64,000 bases of DNA from Eledone cirrhosa (lineage: Eukaryota), in the NCBI GenBank assembly GCA_964016885.1, contig OZ024750.1:49414001-49478000 (forward strand). Reading direction: 5' to 3'. The notes beneath the pieces are model-generated. The model was not told where the DNA came from and searched no databases. It saw only the letters and a list, made by a program, of their open reading frames with translations. This document shows positions 26,541 to 40,823 of this stretch, in pieces. The position numbers were made by a program, and so were the translations under genes. Each line of letters opens with the position of its first letter. The stretch's first letter is position 1.

Positions 26541-26960
26541 GGAGGTGAGTTTTATTGTAGTACAATAAAGCAATGCAGATATCGGATAAGAAGCACTCTA
26601 CAGTTTGTGGGACTGGAGTATGCATAATATAAGATCAAAAGATGGTTAAAGGAGTTCAATATATTTTATTATGCGCATTTTAAAAACAAACATCATCAAA
26701 CAATAATATTTGTGTTTTCATCAGATAAAACAGGAGAACATGATATGAAGGCTAAAAAAACACTTGTTGATAGTGCAGTTTTAAATCAACATATGTTGAT
26801 TTAAAACTGCACTATCAACAAGTGTTTTTTTAGCCTTCATATCATGTTCTCCTGTTTTATCTGATGAAAACACAAATATTATTGTTTGATGATGTTTGTT
26901 TTTGAAATGCGCATAATAAAATATATTGAACTCCTTTAACCATCTTTTGATCTTATATTA
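26537..26960. mobile_element. Second palindromic pseudo-LTR pair of the 22441 family; intact HHR at 26855-26921(+)
   Basis: Arms about 26625-26791 and 26793-26960; ttttat-CTGATGA...GAAA-tgcgca-TA-ataaaa. Confidence 0.85.
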
Positions 26961-27296
26961 TATATATATATATATATATATAATAATAATAAAGAGTTAA
27001 ACAAGATTCAATGAGTACATCAAAGAATGAGTTTTACAGTAGATTGGAAGCACTCTAAAAGTAATAATTGTCCAGAGATATTAATATTAAAATACAAATA
27101 TTAATAAAATAGATGTTCTTTTGATCAATTATACTGTATTATACATATTTAAAAGGTACAATAGTACGTCCTCATCAGACAAAATATAATGATACATGAC
27201 ATACCCTGAGATTTTAAATGGTTAAGATTTAATCAAGGCAGTGATTAACCTAAGAGAAAACTCAACCTAATATATTATTAGGGTATAAATGTTGAG

Positions 27297-27356
<60 letters not shown>

Positions 27357-27457
27357 TTTAGGTTCACTTCTGTGATCAGGTGTAGAGCTATGCAGAGTGT
27401 AATATATTGAAAGGATAACCAGGACGATTAGTTACTCCCTCATTACATTTATTGGTA

Positions 27458-27542
27458 GGTGACGCGCGTTTCGCCACTGATCAGCTGAAGGTTCGATCTT
27501 TATCGATCCTACTCGACTCAATGATCTGCAGCTCGACGGACC
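27458..27542 (-). ncRNA. Atypical hammerhead-like motif (core CCGUCGA); second copy at 32131-32215(+)
   Basis: ggt-CCGTCGA-gctgc-a-gatca...tgatc-a-gtggc-GAAAC-gcgc-GTC-acc, followed by AATAAA. Confidence 0.5.
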
Positions 27543-28715
27543 CTTTAAAATGCTATAAGAAAATGAAATACACGTTATGTTGTAAAGACAGAATTTCCCG
27601 AGTTCAGGCTGAAACGATCCCACACCAGTCTGGCCGATTTGATCTGGGACCTCAAGGAGAGGAACATCGAACTCCAGGTCTCGTGGCACAACTCCCCAGT
27701 GACAGAAACCACTGCAGGTTATGCCTGGCTGAGGCGGCAGAAATAATTAAGTTAAAATCTGCCATCAACTATAGATCGGACATAATTGTCAATTGCAGAC
27801 ACACCAGGCTGAACACATTTTCCGCACCAACATTCGGGCGAGGGCCGCACACTAACCATGACCCAGCATAATAATATCCACCTCTGCCCAGTCTCAGCAC
27901 CGTCCATCTCAGTGAATTTATTTTATTGTACTGTATGTAACCATTTCTGAGCACGTATTTTGTATATCATGCCGCATACATCACCCCACCACAAATCTCA
28001 TCGCCATACCCCTCTCATCCTTGCAACATTGTGTTCTATCTGTCCTCTTTGTCAGGTCTTACTGACCATAGTAACATCTGATCCTGTAAATAAAATGTCG
28101 ATCATATCACACCACACATCGTCATATGTCTACCATCCAAACCCGCAACATTATTCCCACATGTTCCATCTGTCTACCCTAACCTACAACCCCACGCCAA
28201 ATTCGACCCTGTAAATGTACTGTTGCACACACTACAACCGCCACCACTAGATACATCCACATACTTCAACAATCATTAACATCATTAACATCATCAACAC
28301 ATATCATCCCTCACTCCCAGATCGACTGTGTTATATCCGCCCCCCGTCTGCATTACACTTTAACCCACCGTAACATCTGATCATGTAATCATTTTGTTGA
28401 ACATATCACCCCAGCATCACCACCACCACCATGACCACAACACACATCGCTATACGTCCATAAACTTGTTTCCCCCGCATTCCCTATGTCACCTTTTAAC
28501 CTGTAACCCATCGTATTATTCGATCCTGTATATGTTTGTCGCTTACACTCCACCACCACCACCACCACAAGACACAACTCCATACCTCAACATCCATTGA
28601 TTTCATCAACACCGCCAACACGTACCTTCCCTCTCGAACCAAAACAAGTGTGTGTGTATGTGTGTATGCATTTTCTATATATATATGCGTATACATATAT
28701 GTATATGTATGTATG

Positions 28716-28790
<75 letters not shown>

Positions 28791-29319
28791 TTATATATAT
28801 ATATATATATGTGTGTGTGTATATGTGTATGTATGTATGTGTTTATGTGTATGTTAATGTATACGTGTGTGTAGTTGTATGTGAGCATATCCGTGTGTGT
28901 GTGTGTGTGCGTATGTAACATCATCTCCATTGGCTCTCACCTTCCCTCTATCTTCGTTCTACGCCACCCCCACCGATACTGCCCTACTCTCTCTATATAT
29001 ATCCACACGCGCGCATGCACATACATGTGTGTATATATGCATATAGATATATCTATGTGTCGATCAGTGTGGGCGCGTGTATGTGTGTGTATAAAAGTGT
29101 GTACGTATGTGTGTATATATATCAGTAAATATGCGCATGTATACACATATATATACAGCGTATTTGTCATACTAAGAGTGTCTAGGTATCTATCTCCCCA
29201 TGGACACGACAAAACCAACACATCCACCACACCATCACAAACGCCATTACCATAAACAACAACACCACAACTACACCCCTCACATGTCAACCCGTCTACC
29301 GACAACCCACTACCCCCGC

Positions 29320-32020
29320 ACCACAGCCCATCCCAGTCAGCGACCGTCACCACCATCCTATCATCACATCCACCCCCACATGCACAGCAGGCCAAATACA
29401 ATCCGCCACCACCACACCACACCTCATCGCAGTCAACGACCGTCACCACCATCCTATCATCACATCCACCCCCACATGCACAGCAGGCCAAATACAATCC
29501 GCCACCACCACACCACACCTCATCGCAGTCAGCGACCGTCACCACCATCCTATCATCACATCCACCCCCACATGCACAGCAGGCCAAATACAATCCGCCA
29601 CCACCACACCACACCTCATCGCAGTCAGCGACCGTCACCACCATCCTATCATCACATCCACCCCCACATGCACAGCAGGCCAAATACAATCCGCCACCAC
29701 CACACCACACCTCATCGCAGTCAGCGACCGTCACCACCATCCTATCATCACATCCACCCCCACATGCACAGCAGGCCAAATACAATCCGCCACCACCACA
29801 CCACAGCCCATCGCAACCAGCGACCGTCACCACCATCCTATCATCACATCCACCCCCACATACACAGCAGGCCAAATACAATCCGCCACCACCACACCAC
29901 ACCTCATCGCAGTCAGCGACCGTCACCACCATCCTATCATCACATCCACCCCCACATGCACAGCAGGCCAAATACAATCCGCCACCACCACACCACACCT
30001 CATCGCAGTCAGCGACCGTCACCACCATCCTATCATCACATCCACCCCCACATACACAGCAGGCCAAATACAATCCGCCACCACCACACCACACCTCATC
30101 GCAGTCAGCGACCGTCACCACCATCCTATCATCACATCCACCCCCACATGCACAGCAGGCCAAATACAATCCGCCACCACCACACCACACCTCATCGCAG
30201 TCAGCGACCGTCACCACCATCCTATCATCACATCCACCCCCACATGCACAGCAGGCCAAATACAATCCGCCACCACCACACCACAGCCCATCGCAACCAG
30301 CGACCGTCACCACCATCCTATCATCACATCCACCCCCACATACACAGCAGGCCAAATACAATCCGCCACCACCACACCACACCTCATCGCAGTCAGCGAC
30401 CGTCACCACCATCCTATCATCACATCCACCCCCACATGCACAGCAGGCCAAATACAATCCGCCACCACCACACCACACCTCATCGCAGTCAGCGACCGTC
30501 ACCACCATCCTATCATCACATCCACCCCCACATGCACAGCAGGCCAAATACAATCCGCCACCACCACACCACAGCCCATCGCAACCAGCGACCGTCACCA
30601 CCATCCTATCATCACATCCACCCCCACATACACAGCAGGCCAAAGACAATACGCCACCACCACACCACACCACATCTCAGCCAGCGACCGTCACCACCAT
30701 CCTATCATCACATCCACCCCCACATGCACAGCAGGCCAAAGCCAATCCGCCACCACCACACCACACCACATCTCAGCCAGCGACCGTCACCACCATCCTA
30801 TCATCACATCCACCCCCACATGCACAGCAGGCCAAAGCCAATCCGCCACCACCACACCACACCACATCTCAGCCAGCGACCGTCACCACCATCCTATCAT
30901 CACATCCACCCCCACATACACAGCAGGCCAAAGACAATCCGCCACCACCACATCACACCTCATCGCAGCCAGCGACCGTCACCACCATCCTATCATCACA
31001 TCCACCCCCACATACACAGCAGGCCAAAGCCAATCCGCCACAACCACACCACACCACAGCCATCGCAGCCAGCGACCGTCACCACCATCCTATCATCACA
31101 TCCACCCCCACATACACAGCAGGCCAAAGCCAATCCGCCACCACCACACCACACCACAGCCATCGCAGCCAGCGACCGTCACCACCATCCTATCATCACA
31201 TCCACCCCCACATACACAGCAGGCCAAAGCCAATCCGCCACCACCACACCACACCATAGCCATCGCAGCCAGCGACCGTCACCACCATCCTATCATCACA
31301 TCCACCCCCACATACACAGCAGGCCAAAGACAATCCGCCACCACCACACCACACCACAGCCATCGCAGCCAGCGACCGTCACCACCATCCTATCATCACA
31401 TCCACCCCCACATACACAGCAGGCCAAATACAATCCGCCACCACCACACCACACCACAGCCATCGCAGCCAGCGACCGTCACCACCATCCTATCATCACA
31501 TCCACCCCCACATACACAGCAGGCCAAAGACAATCCGCCACCACCACACCACACCACAGCCATCCCAGTCAGCGACCGTCACCACCATCCTATCATCACA
31601 TCCACCCCCACATGCACAGCAGGCCAAATACAATCCGCCACCACCACACCACACCACAGCCATCCCAGTCAGCGACCGTCACCACCATCCTATCATCACA
31701 TCCACCCCCACATGCACAGCAGGCCAAAGACAATCCGCCACCACCACACCACACCACAGCCATCCCAGTCAGCGACCGTCACCACCATCCTATCATCACA
31801 TCCACCCCCACATACACAGCAGGCCAAAGCCAATCCGCCACCACCACACCACCACCACACCACAGTCAGTGACCGTCACCGACATCCTATCATCACATCC
31901 ACCCCCACATGCACAGCAGGCCAAAGCCAATCCGCCACCACCACACCACCACCACACCACAGTCAGTGACCGTCACCGACATCTTATCATCACATCCACC
32001 CCCACATACACTACAGGCCA
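29320..32020. repeat. C/A-rich minisatellite, 96-bp unit switching to 100-bp unit, about 27-28 copies
   Basis: cgaccgtcaccaccatcc recurs at 29341 and 29437 (96 bp apart) and later at 31073, 31173 and 31273 (100 bp apart). Confidence 0.97.
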
Positions 32021-32309
32021 GTACATCCTTTTGATCCTTCCCACCAATCAAAACAACTCATATTGTCAAACTCTTGATATTCTTTCTTTTCCACATAGCA
32101 TGTATTTCATCTTCTTATAGCGTTTTAAAGGGTCCGTCGCGCTGCCGATCATTGAGTCGAGTAGGATCGATACAGATCGAACCTTGAGTTGATCAGTGGC
32201 AAAACGCGCGTCACCTACCAATAAATGTAATGAAGGAGTAACCAATCGTCCTTGTTATCCTTACTATATATATAAATATATATATATGTATGTATATATA
32301 TATATATAT

Positions 32310-32354
<45 letters not shown>

Positions 32355-32358
<4 letters not shown>

Positions 32359-32768
32359 GATCAAAAGATGGTTAAAAGAGTTCCATGTATTTTATTATGC
32401 GCATTTCAAAAACAAATATCATCACGTGATGACATTTGCGTTTTCGTCAGATAAAATAGGGAGACATGATATGAAGGTTAAAAAACACTTGTGAATAGTG
32501 CAGTTTTAAATGAACATATCCATGTTGATTTAAAACTGCACTATTCACAAGTGTTTTTTAACCTTCATATCATGTCTCCCTATTTTATCAGACGAAAACG
32601 CAAATGTCATCTCATGATGATATTTGTTTTTGAAATGCGCATAATAAAATACATGGAACTCTTTTAACCATCTTTTGATCTTATAATATATATATACTCC
32701 AGTCCTACAAACTGTAGAGTGCTACTTATCTGATATCTGCATTGCTTTATAAAACTCACCTCCTACAT
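32355..32768. mobile_element. Third palindromic pseudo-LTR pair of the 22441 family; intact HHR at 32390-32456(-)
   Basis: Arms about 32355-32517 and 32522-32685. The minus arm has CTGACGA; the plus arm is mutated to CAGACGA. Confidence 0.85.
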
Positions 32769-34334
32769 ATATATATATATATATATTTTTAAAATTAATA
32801 CACACATACAGTACAAAAATATATATATATATATAGTACTTTTGTACTATATATATATATATATATATGGGGGGGGGGTATATGTGTGTGGGTGTAACCG
32901 TAACCTATAAATAGTTATTTCGTATTCAGCCCCGATTTCAAAAATATTAAATTTACAGTTTGAAATATGGCATACATTTTACCTCGGATTCACCTTTTTA
33001 CCAACTTTGGAAACCTCCATTTTACATCAGGTCCAAATATTTTACCGTCTCTTCATGGACATGTTGATGCCGTCGCCAGCATTATAATCATAACTACTGT
33101 ATCGTTTGAAATGACCACAACGATCACTTAACATTATGATACATTTCTTATGCATTATGTGCTCACACATGCATCGGGCGTAAGACATATACGTAATTGC
33201 CCTCTGTTCTATCAATATGGATTTAATTCCATCAGTATTCTCTACAACTCTACCCTCATGTAAATAATTTGGTATAACTTTGAAAATAAGAGAAGTGGTT
33301 CGCTCACTATTTTGTCGATTCTGATGCGCTGACCTCGCTGCTTTGCAGCTCTGTTTATGATGAAACTTCCCGGTAAGTTACAACCGTTTTTTTCCTCTTA
33401 TCATGGTGATCATGTGGAACATGATTACAGATCTTATACCCCAGGTTCCCTTACTATACTTACAAATCAAACAGACAATTAAACAATCAGAATTTTGCTG
33501 AGCCAAAAAGTAAAAAAATTACAAGTTAGCAGAAGTAATATTTGATAATTATTAGCTTTTGGCATCTCTAAATACCAAGTTAATTGATATCAAAATGCAC
33601 CTGAGAAATTTCTGAATACAAATCAATTTAAAACCAGTCTGTTTTTGGACCTACGCCAAAAGTTTCCGTTCAGTATGATTACGAAAAACAAGTGATATGT
33701 CGGTGAACTTGGCTTAGAACTGAAGAAGAATGTTTCTTGGAATTTTACTAATATTGGAAAAGACAAGATACTGATAGATACTCCAGAGAGTGGCTTAATT
33801 TCCTACCTGGCATTTATTCAATTTCACAGCCAGATAATAACATTTCTAGTATTTTGTGGTGTTTTTTCCTAAGTTTCTCTCTCGTTAGGTGAAATGCTTT
33901 TCCAGCAATTGAATAATGATTTACATAAAAAATGTTTATTGCGATGAAAAAAATGTTATAGATTTTACAATTAACTGACTGAATACCGAAAATCAAATAG
34001 TCAATATTGATATAAGATTATCAAATTATTATCGAGCAGAAAAGTTCTGGAACTAATTTGCTATATTCATAGTTTTCATTTTATGAGGTGACTTTTCTTT
34101 CACCTAACCTCTAAACACTCTTTCCAAATATTTGACTATGCAGTAAGTTCCGCAGTAAAATAGGAATAAGACATTCCTAAGAGAAATTTGAAAATATGCT
34201 AGTCCCAACATCAGTGACTATACTAATAGCGTATTAACTTAACTAATAGTTGTGAAAACCAGGATATTTTGTCTGATTTTCACAAATATTATTCATACTG
34301 ATTACTAAAGCCGTGAATTGGTAGTACGGTCTGT

Positions 34335-34449
34335 GTTCAAATCCCGCCGAGTTTAACTTTGCCTTTCATCCTTACGGGGTCGATAAATTAAAGTACCAGT
34401 AATGCATTGTGATAATTGCTGGCCTTATGCCAAAAGTAGAAGCAATTAT
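34335..34449 (+). mobile_element. 5'-truncated tRNA-derived SINE
   Basis: gttcaaatcccgccgag...ggggtcgataaattaaagtaccag...ggccttatgccaaaagtagaa. Confidence 0.82.
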
Positions 34450-35228
34450 ATTCATTTACACAAAATAACGTCATTTCAAAATATTTCAATGTTTCTTAAG
34501 TAAACCGGATGCTCACATTTTCTAAATATATTTGAGCAGCACCTCTCTCGTAATTTAGATAAAAAATATAATTATTGATGTTTAAATTTTAACATATATA
34601 TATTTTATTCAATTGATAGATTTATTGTTTCCCCCCTGACAAACTTACATGCATCTACTTATTTACATTATTTACATCACCCACAAGGGACCGGTAGTGC
34701 TCACATTCAGAATCAGTGCTAAGATACTATGATAGAATTTCCTCAGGCATTTAACGCACAAGTATCTACTGCGGTTTCATCTAGATAGATCTAGTTCCTT
34801 ATACTTAAGAAGACGAATCTAACAACTTGACGACAGTCGCCACACGGAATTTGAGGCAAGCATTAACACGATGTCTACAAGTACTTATTATATTCTCAGA
34901 ATATGATTTTATATTACTTTATTTGATAGAGATTCAAGTGTCCGAGGGCCATCCGATAAATAATATTTCTCTTTGTATTTTTACCGAATACCTTCAAATT
35001 TCGACTAGTTCGACTTTCCATTTCATGCTTTCGCGGTCGATAAATGTAGTTCCAGTACTATATTATAATATTTTCTATTTCTCGTTATCACTTAGTGTTT
35101 CTTTCTCTAATTAAATCACTCATCTCCTTCTTTGAGTAAGTAAGGTATTCAATATATTAGGAGAGTGTAAAAAAGAAATTAAATATAGAAATGGTTTCTA
35201 TAGGACTAGAATTGTTTCATTCGAAGCC

Positions 35229-35317
<89 letters not shown>

Positions 35318-35320
<3 letters not shown>

Positions 35321-36345
35321 CGAAGGAAATGTGGTAAGGAACCAGGTGGACCATAACGCACCAAAGTACTCAATACTTTATAGCAGTTGTGTTAGACCTC
35401 GGATACTTGCCCCCTTTTCCGACCGCTCCCACTATTTTCCGTGCCTTCTATATTTCTTAGTGGCACTTATGCCTTATTTTCTCGTTTCAGTATTTCTTTC
35501 TTCTCTTTTCTTTTGGGCGGGGTGGATTCTGAATTTATTTTTCCGTATTCTACCTTTACTTCGTACGAACTTTCATGTAGCTTGTATAAGATCTTTTGTA
35601 GCGCGGCGGTACCTTTAGAGTTAGCATTAGTATATTTTCTTTTCGGGACTCAGAATTATTATCTCGTACTAGTTTACTTTGCTGCACTGGGTGGTTGCTG
35701 GCCTTGTGCCCGGGATAGAAACCTTTATTATTTATTGCGTGGTAGTTTCTTTTTGGCCCCATTTGTTGACCCGTCACCGTATGATTTACGTACTTATACC
35801 TCTTAAAAGGGACCTTGCCTATTCCGTCCCACCTAGTTTATTTACTTATTTCGTTATTTCTTTCTTTCTTTCTTTCTTTATTTCTTTATTTATTTATCTA
35901 GCCTAACAATAGCTCGAGACTTAGGTCGTAGAACTTGCTTTTATACTCTTTTTTCTTTACACTTATTCGCTTTTCATCACTCTCAGTATTTTTTCTTTCA
36001 TATATATATCTTTACCTCTCATTGTTCTACCTACCGTTTCGACTTCCTCCCCCTCCCCATCCCCAGTATCTTCTTTGACCTCATGCCCAGCTGTAGATGG
36101 CACTACCAACGCATGATTGGGTCTACTCCACCCCCTCCCCTGTTTCTCCTACTGGCAGGTTTAGCCACCATCTCCCCTACTAATTTGCAATCACAGAATT
36201 ACTACTGACTTTTGACAAACACTTTGACCATATATGGAATTACCCCTTGAGAAGCTCGGCTATTTAAATACCAGGATAAATTCTCATTTAGTCCTGAATT
36301 AGCCGTCGAAACGGCTTGAGCTCAGCCGTCGGGGTCTTACTGGTT

Positions 36346-36346
<1 letters not shown>
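35318..36346 (+). mobile_element. About 1-kb non-coding PLE pseudo-LTR-like insertion between (TA)n tracts
   Basis: Ends match 78-266 and 18700-18830; it carries an HHR at its 3' end. Confidence 0.65.
36242..36335 (+). ncRNA. Hammerhead motif with U3-A8 core and extended stems II and III
   Basis: acccc-TTGAGAA-gctcggcta...tagccgtc-GAAAC-ggct-tgagctc-agcc-GTC-ggggt. Confidence 0.68.
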
Positions 36347-36416
<70 letters not shown>

Positions 36417-36575
36417 AGGAGGTTATAGTTCACTTGAAGCATTGTGTAATGAGGTACAAACGTTTGAATATGTGTAATAAAGCCAAAACAATGCAGGTAT
36501 GGACATAGAAAAAAGAATGCAATTGTAAAAGATATTGTTGACAATTCGTCCTTTACCTTAGATTTATTTAAATGT

Positions 36576-36610
36576 CCTTAATTTTCGAGATAATATCTCT
36601 TCTCCAGAGG
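36576..36610 (-). ncRNA. Degenerate minimal hammerhead motif
   Basis: Minus strand: cct-CTGGAGA-a-gagat-att-atctc-GAAA-a-TTA-agg (A6G substitution). Confidence 0.45.
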
Positions 36611-37127
36611 GAGATAAAGGTCTCAAACCAGCGTTCTAAATATCTTGCCATATATATAGATGAAGTATTTCCGAAGGAAAGCTAAAGGAAAAGAGAGTGC
36701 TCGCGGTAGACTACAGAGCGTTTTAGTTATGTAATAAACAACATAAGATAATTATTTCACTAGCAGTGGTTTCTTGAAGACAGATATAAATATCTGTCAT
36801 CAGGCGTCAGAACGAATAAAATGGTGTGTTGATGGAATATGAATTTGAAACATGAAAGTGAGGCTGAACAATATATAAATAAATATCCAGAACATAAACG
36901 TACACACACGCAAACACACGCTTATACATAATTGTACGTAGACGTATACATTCACACATAAGTGTATGTGCGACTACATGGAAATACGAACGGACACATA
37001 TAAAGGTGTGATCTTTTGCTCACATATGCGCACACACATGCGCACCCTCACACATATACTCAATAATAAGGTAAAGTCTATATTTACAAACATGCAAATC
37101 TAGCATTACTTACATACACACATATAA

Positions 37128-37185
<58 letters not shown>

Positions 37186-37189
<4 letters not shown>

Positions 37190-37472
37190 AGAAAAAATGA
37201 AACGAAATTTCATTTCCCACTCTTAGTACGGCTGTTACTTAAATATACGGCTTAATACGGGATGTTTGTTTACAAACACACCGAGCATTATAATAAATGT
37301 TCGCTGAATCCATACGTACATATATATATGTGTGCATGTATGTATATATATATATATATATACATACTACTGTATATATGTATACATCTATGTATGTACG
37401 TGTACATACTTATATTTAAGTAACAGCCGTACTAAGAGTGAGAAATGAAATATCATTTCATTTTTTCTGTTT
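37186..37472. repeat. About 60-bp inverted repeat enclosing a segment homologous to the PLE 3' region at about 11165-11300
   Basis: aaacagaaaaaatgaaa...cttagtacggctgttacttaaatata and its reverse complement at about 37412-37472. Confidence 0.7.
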
Positions 37473-37617
37473 ATCGTTTTCGGTGCACCCGGCCGATTAA
37501 CCCACTTGATATGCAAATTGGGCTACTCAGCCGTTAATATGCATATCGTCAGCAACGTATACTTTCCTGCCAGATTGTTGAACGTATATACTTACCTTAT
37601 GCATATTAACGGATGAG

Positions 37618-37668
<51 letters not shown>

Positions 37669-37754
37669 GGAAAAATTTGAACAGGGACAAAACAGAGGGG
37701 CAGTACAATAAATGTTTATTAATTTCACGCTCAGGAGAGTGGGGGTAGGTGGGG

Positions 37755-37790
37755 GACGACGTTTCGGGCATAAGCCCTTCCTCAGGTGAG
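37755..37790 (-). ncRNA. Partial hammerhead motif (stem I not evident)
   Basis: Minus strand: CTGAGGA-a-gggc-ttat-gccc-GAAAC-gtc-GTC. Confidence 0.45.
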
Positions 37791-37945
37791 AAGTGTGTGG
37801 GAACAGAGTTCAAAAGGTGTGAAGGGGAGTGGTGGAGAGACATATAGCGAAAGGAAACGGTGCGAATGAAAAAATAACAAATAAAGATAAAAAATATAAA
37901 AAATAAAAATAAAGCATGATCAAAATACAAGGAATATATATATAT

Positions 37946-38625
37946 ATGACGTAAGGAATTCTCTATATTTATCTTACGTAACTATATTTATCCCCTTACA
38001 GAAACTAATTAGTTGGAGTGAACATTTTAGTAAGTAAGTTAATTTTTAATTTTTTAAATTTTCTTATTTTACGTCTTTCATATAATTCTTCTGTATCCCC
38101 CTGCATAGAACCACAAAGGTACTAAGACATAACATATATATATTTACCGGCATGGGTATACATCTGTATACACATGTTGGTAGATATACTAATTCTCTAT
38201 ATTTATCTCCAAATTATTTGTTGAGTAAAACTTGCCAAAATTTACTACTGTGATTCATTGTAGTAGTAGGCTATTGTCATAATACCACCCCACTCCTCAC
38301 TGATTAACCTCAGTGTCACGTGATTGATCCTTTAGAATCTGCCAATGACCAAAAGAGGCAATGAATTTGTTCAGTGCTTTGGAAATTAGTCCCCGCTAGC
38401 TTTGTTCCATCCACTGAATTATTATTTTTAAATGGGTTCCTAGTGTCCGCGCATTGCCTTGGACACTTAGCTGAGAATAGACTCCCTGATGACGTAAGGA
38501 ATTCTCTATAGTTATCTTACGTAACTATATTTATCCCCTTACAGAAACTAATTAGTTGGAGTGAAAATTTTAGTGAGTTAATTTTTAATTTTTAAAATTT
38601 TCTTATTTTACGTCTTTCATATATA
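37946..38625 (+). mobile_element. Partial-tandem non-coding unit (543-bp period) with HHR at 38481-38562
   Basis: 37946-38083 is repeated at 38489-38622; actcc-CTGATGA-c-gtaagg...ccttac-a-GAAAC-taatta-GTT-ggagt. Confidence 0.75.
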
Positions 38626-39572
<947 letters not shown>

Positions 39573-39608
39573 TATATATATATATATATATATGTGTATA
39601 TATATGTT

Positions 39609-39685
<77 letters not shown>

Positions 39686-39688
39686 GTG

Positions 39689-39756
<68 letters not shown>

Positions 39757-39759
<3 letters not shown>

Positions 39760-40687
39760 CCAAAATTAAGATAAATCAAATGAACTTAATCTAAATTAAA
39801 ATTATGCCAGAAAGATATGCGCCATATCACCCGCAAAATAAGCTATAAGATTCAAACGAGTAGGTCCGAGCATTTCATAGTAACTAGAGATTGATTAACA
39901 TATAAATAAACATGAATAATCACAGGGGATAATTTTTACAAGTGTGTAACCACATATAGCTCGGTAGGTAACTAAATAAAGTTGACCAGAACTTCAAAAA
40001 TAGATACCTTATAATATGATTAATATTCCCTGTATATATTCCATTAAAGAAATATATTTCACCAATTAATCAGATGGTAAACCACAGAAGTGGATACTTG
40101 GATTTTCAACAAGGAAGAAGTTCCAGCAATCCGTGTTTACACTTTAAGTTCAAATCAGCGACTGGCCAGCACGTATTGTATTTACTAGAAATACACACAT
40201 CATACAAGCTTCGTCCCCGTGGCGTGAATAGGGTTATCTACAACTAGAAACAGCAGTCGAGTCTTTTCAACAGAGTTAGCTCTACAATTAAGGAGCCGTA
40301 TTTATATATCTATATCCAAAATTAAGATAAATCAAATGAATTTAATCTAAATCAAATTCATGGGTGTCATGCCAAAAAGACATGCGCCATATCACCCGCA
40401 AAATAAGCTCTAAGATTCTAAAAAGTAGGTTCGAGCATTTTATAATAACTAGAGATTGATTAACATATAAATAAACATGAATAATCACAGGAGATAACTG
40501 TTACAAGTGTGTAACCACACATAGCTAGGTAGGTAACTAAATAAAGTTGACCAGAACTTCAAAAATAGATATCTCTGGTCAACTTTATTTAGTTACCTAC
40601 CTAGCTATGTGTGGTTACACACTTGTAAAAATTATCTCCTGTGATTATTTATGTTTATTTATATGTTAATCGATCTGTAGTTATTAT
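39757..40687. repeat. Direct repeat plus terminal inversion (pLTR-like)
   Basis: About 39757-40006 is repeated at about 40313-40571; about 40575-40687 is an inverted copy. Confidence 0.75.
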
Positions 40688-40715
40688 ATATATATATTTT
40701 TTTTTATTTAGAAAT

Positions 40716-40823
40716 GGCTTCTACAGGACTTGAAATGTTTCATTCGGGAGGAATCACCAGGAAGCCGTGATGGGATTCTTGATGATTTCTCCCGAATGAA
40801 ACATTTCGAGTACTGTAGAAGCC
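40716..40823. ncRNA. Back-to-back inverted pair of small hammerhead motifs (40716-40766 minus, 40773-40823 plus)
   Basis: Inferred consensus ggcttc-CTGATGA-ttcctcccgaat-GAAAC-a...t-GTA-gaagcc. Each copy has one core substitution (CTGGTGA, TTGATGA). A partial relative lies at about 35190-35228. Confidence 0.6.

Larger units (their letters stand above)
27412..32265 (+). mobile_element. 5'-truncated Penelope-like insertion: inverted pLTR end (about 27412-27570), GIY-YIG C-terminal remnant (about 27600-27790), long 3' region with minisatellite and terminal HHR-like motif
   Basis: CRLCLAEAAEII...INYRSDIIVNCRH matches the PLE C-terminus at 11477-11630. About 27412-27570 is the reverse complement of about 32100-32262. 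Confidence 0.7.

Noticed and set aside
28937-31872. 890-aa His/Pro-rich ORF (+) and 578-aa Cys/Gly-rich ORF (-)
   Set aside because: By-products of a stop-free 96-bp minisatellite. The frame shifts when the unit becomes 100 bp, and there is no gene context.
36772-36807. TTGAAGA/CTGATGA flanking a cagatat/atatctg hairpin
   Set aside because: No properly placed GAAA with stems I and III; probably a small fold-back remnant.
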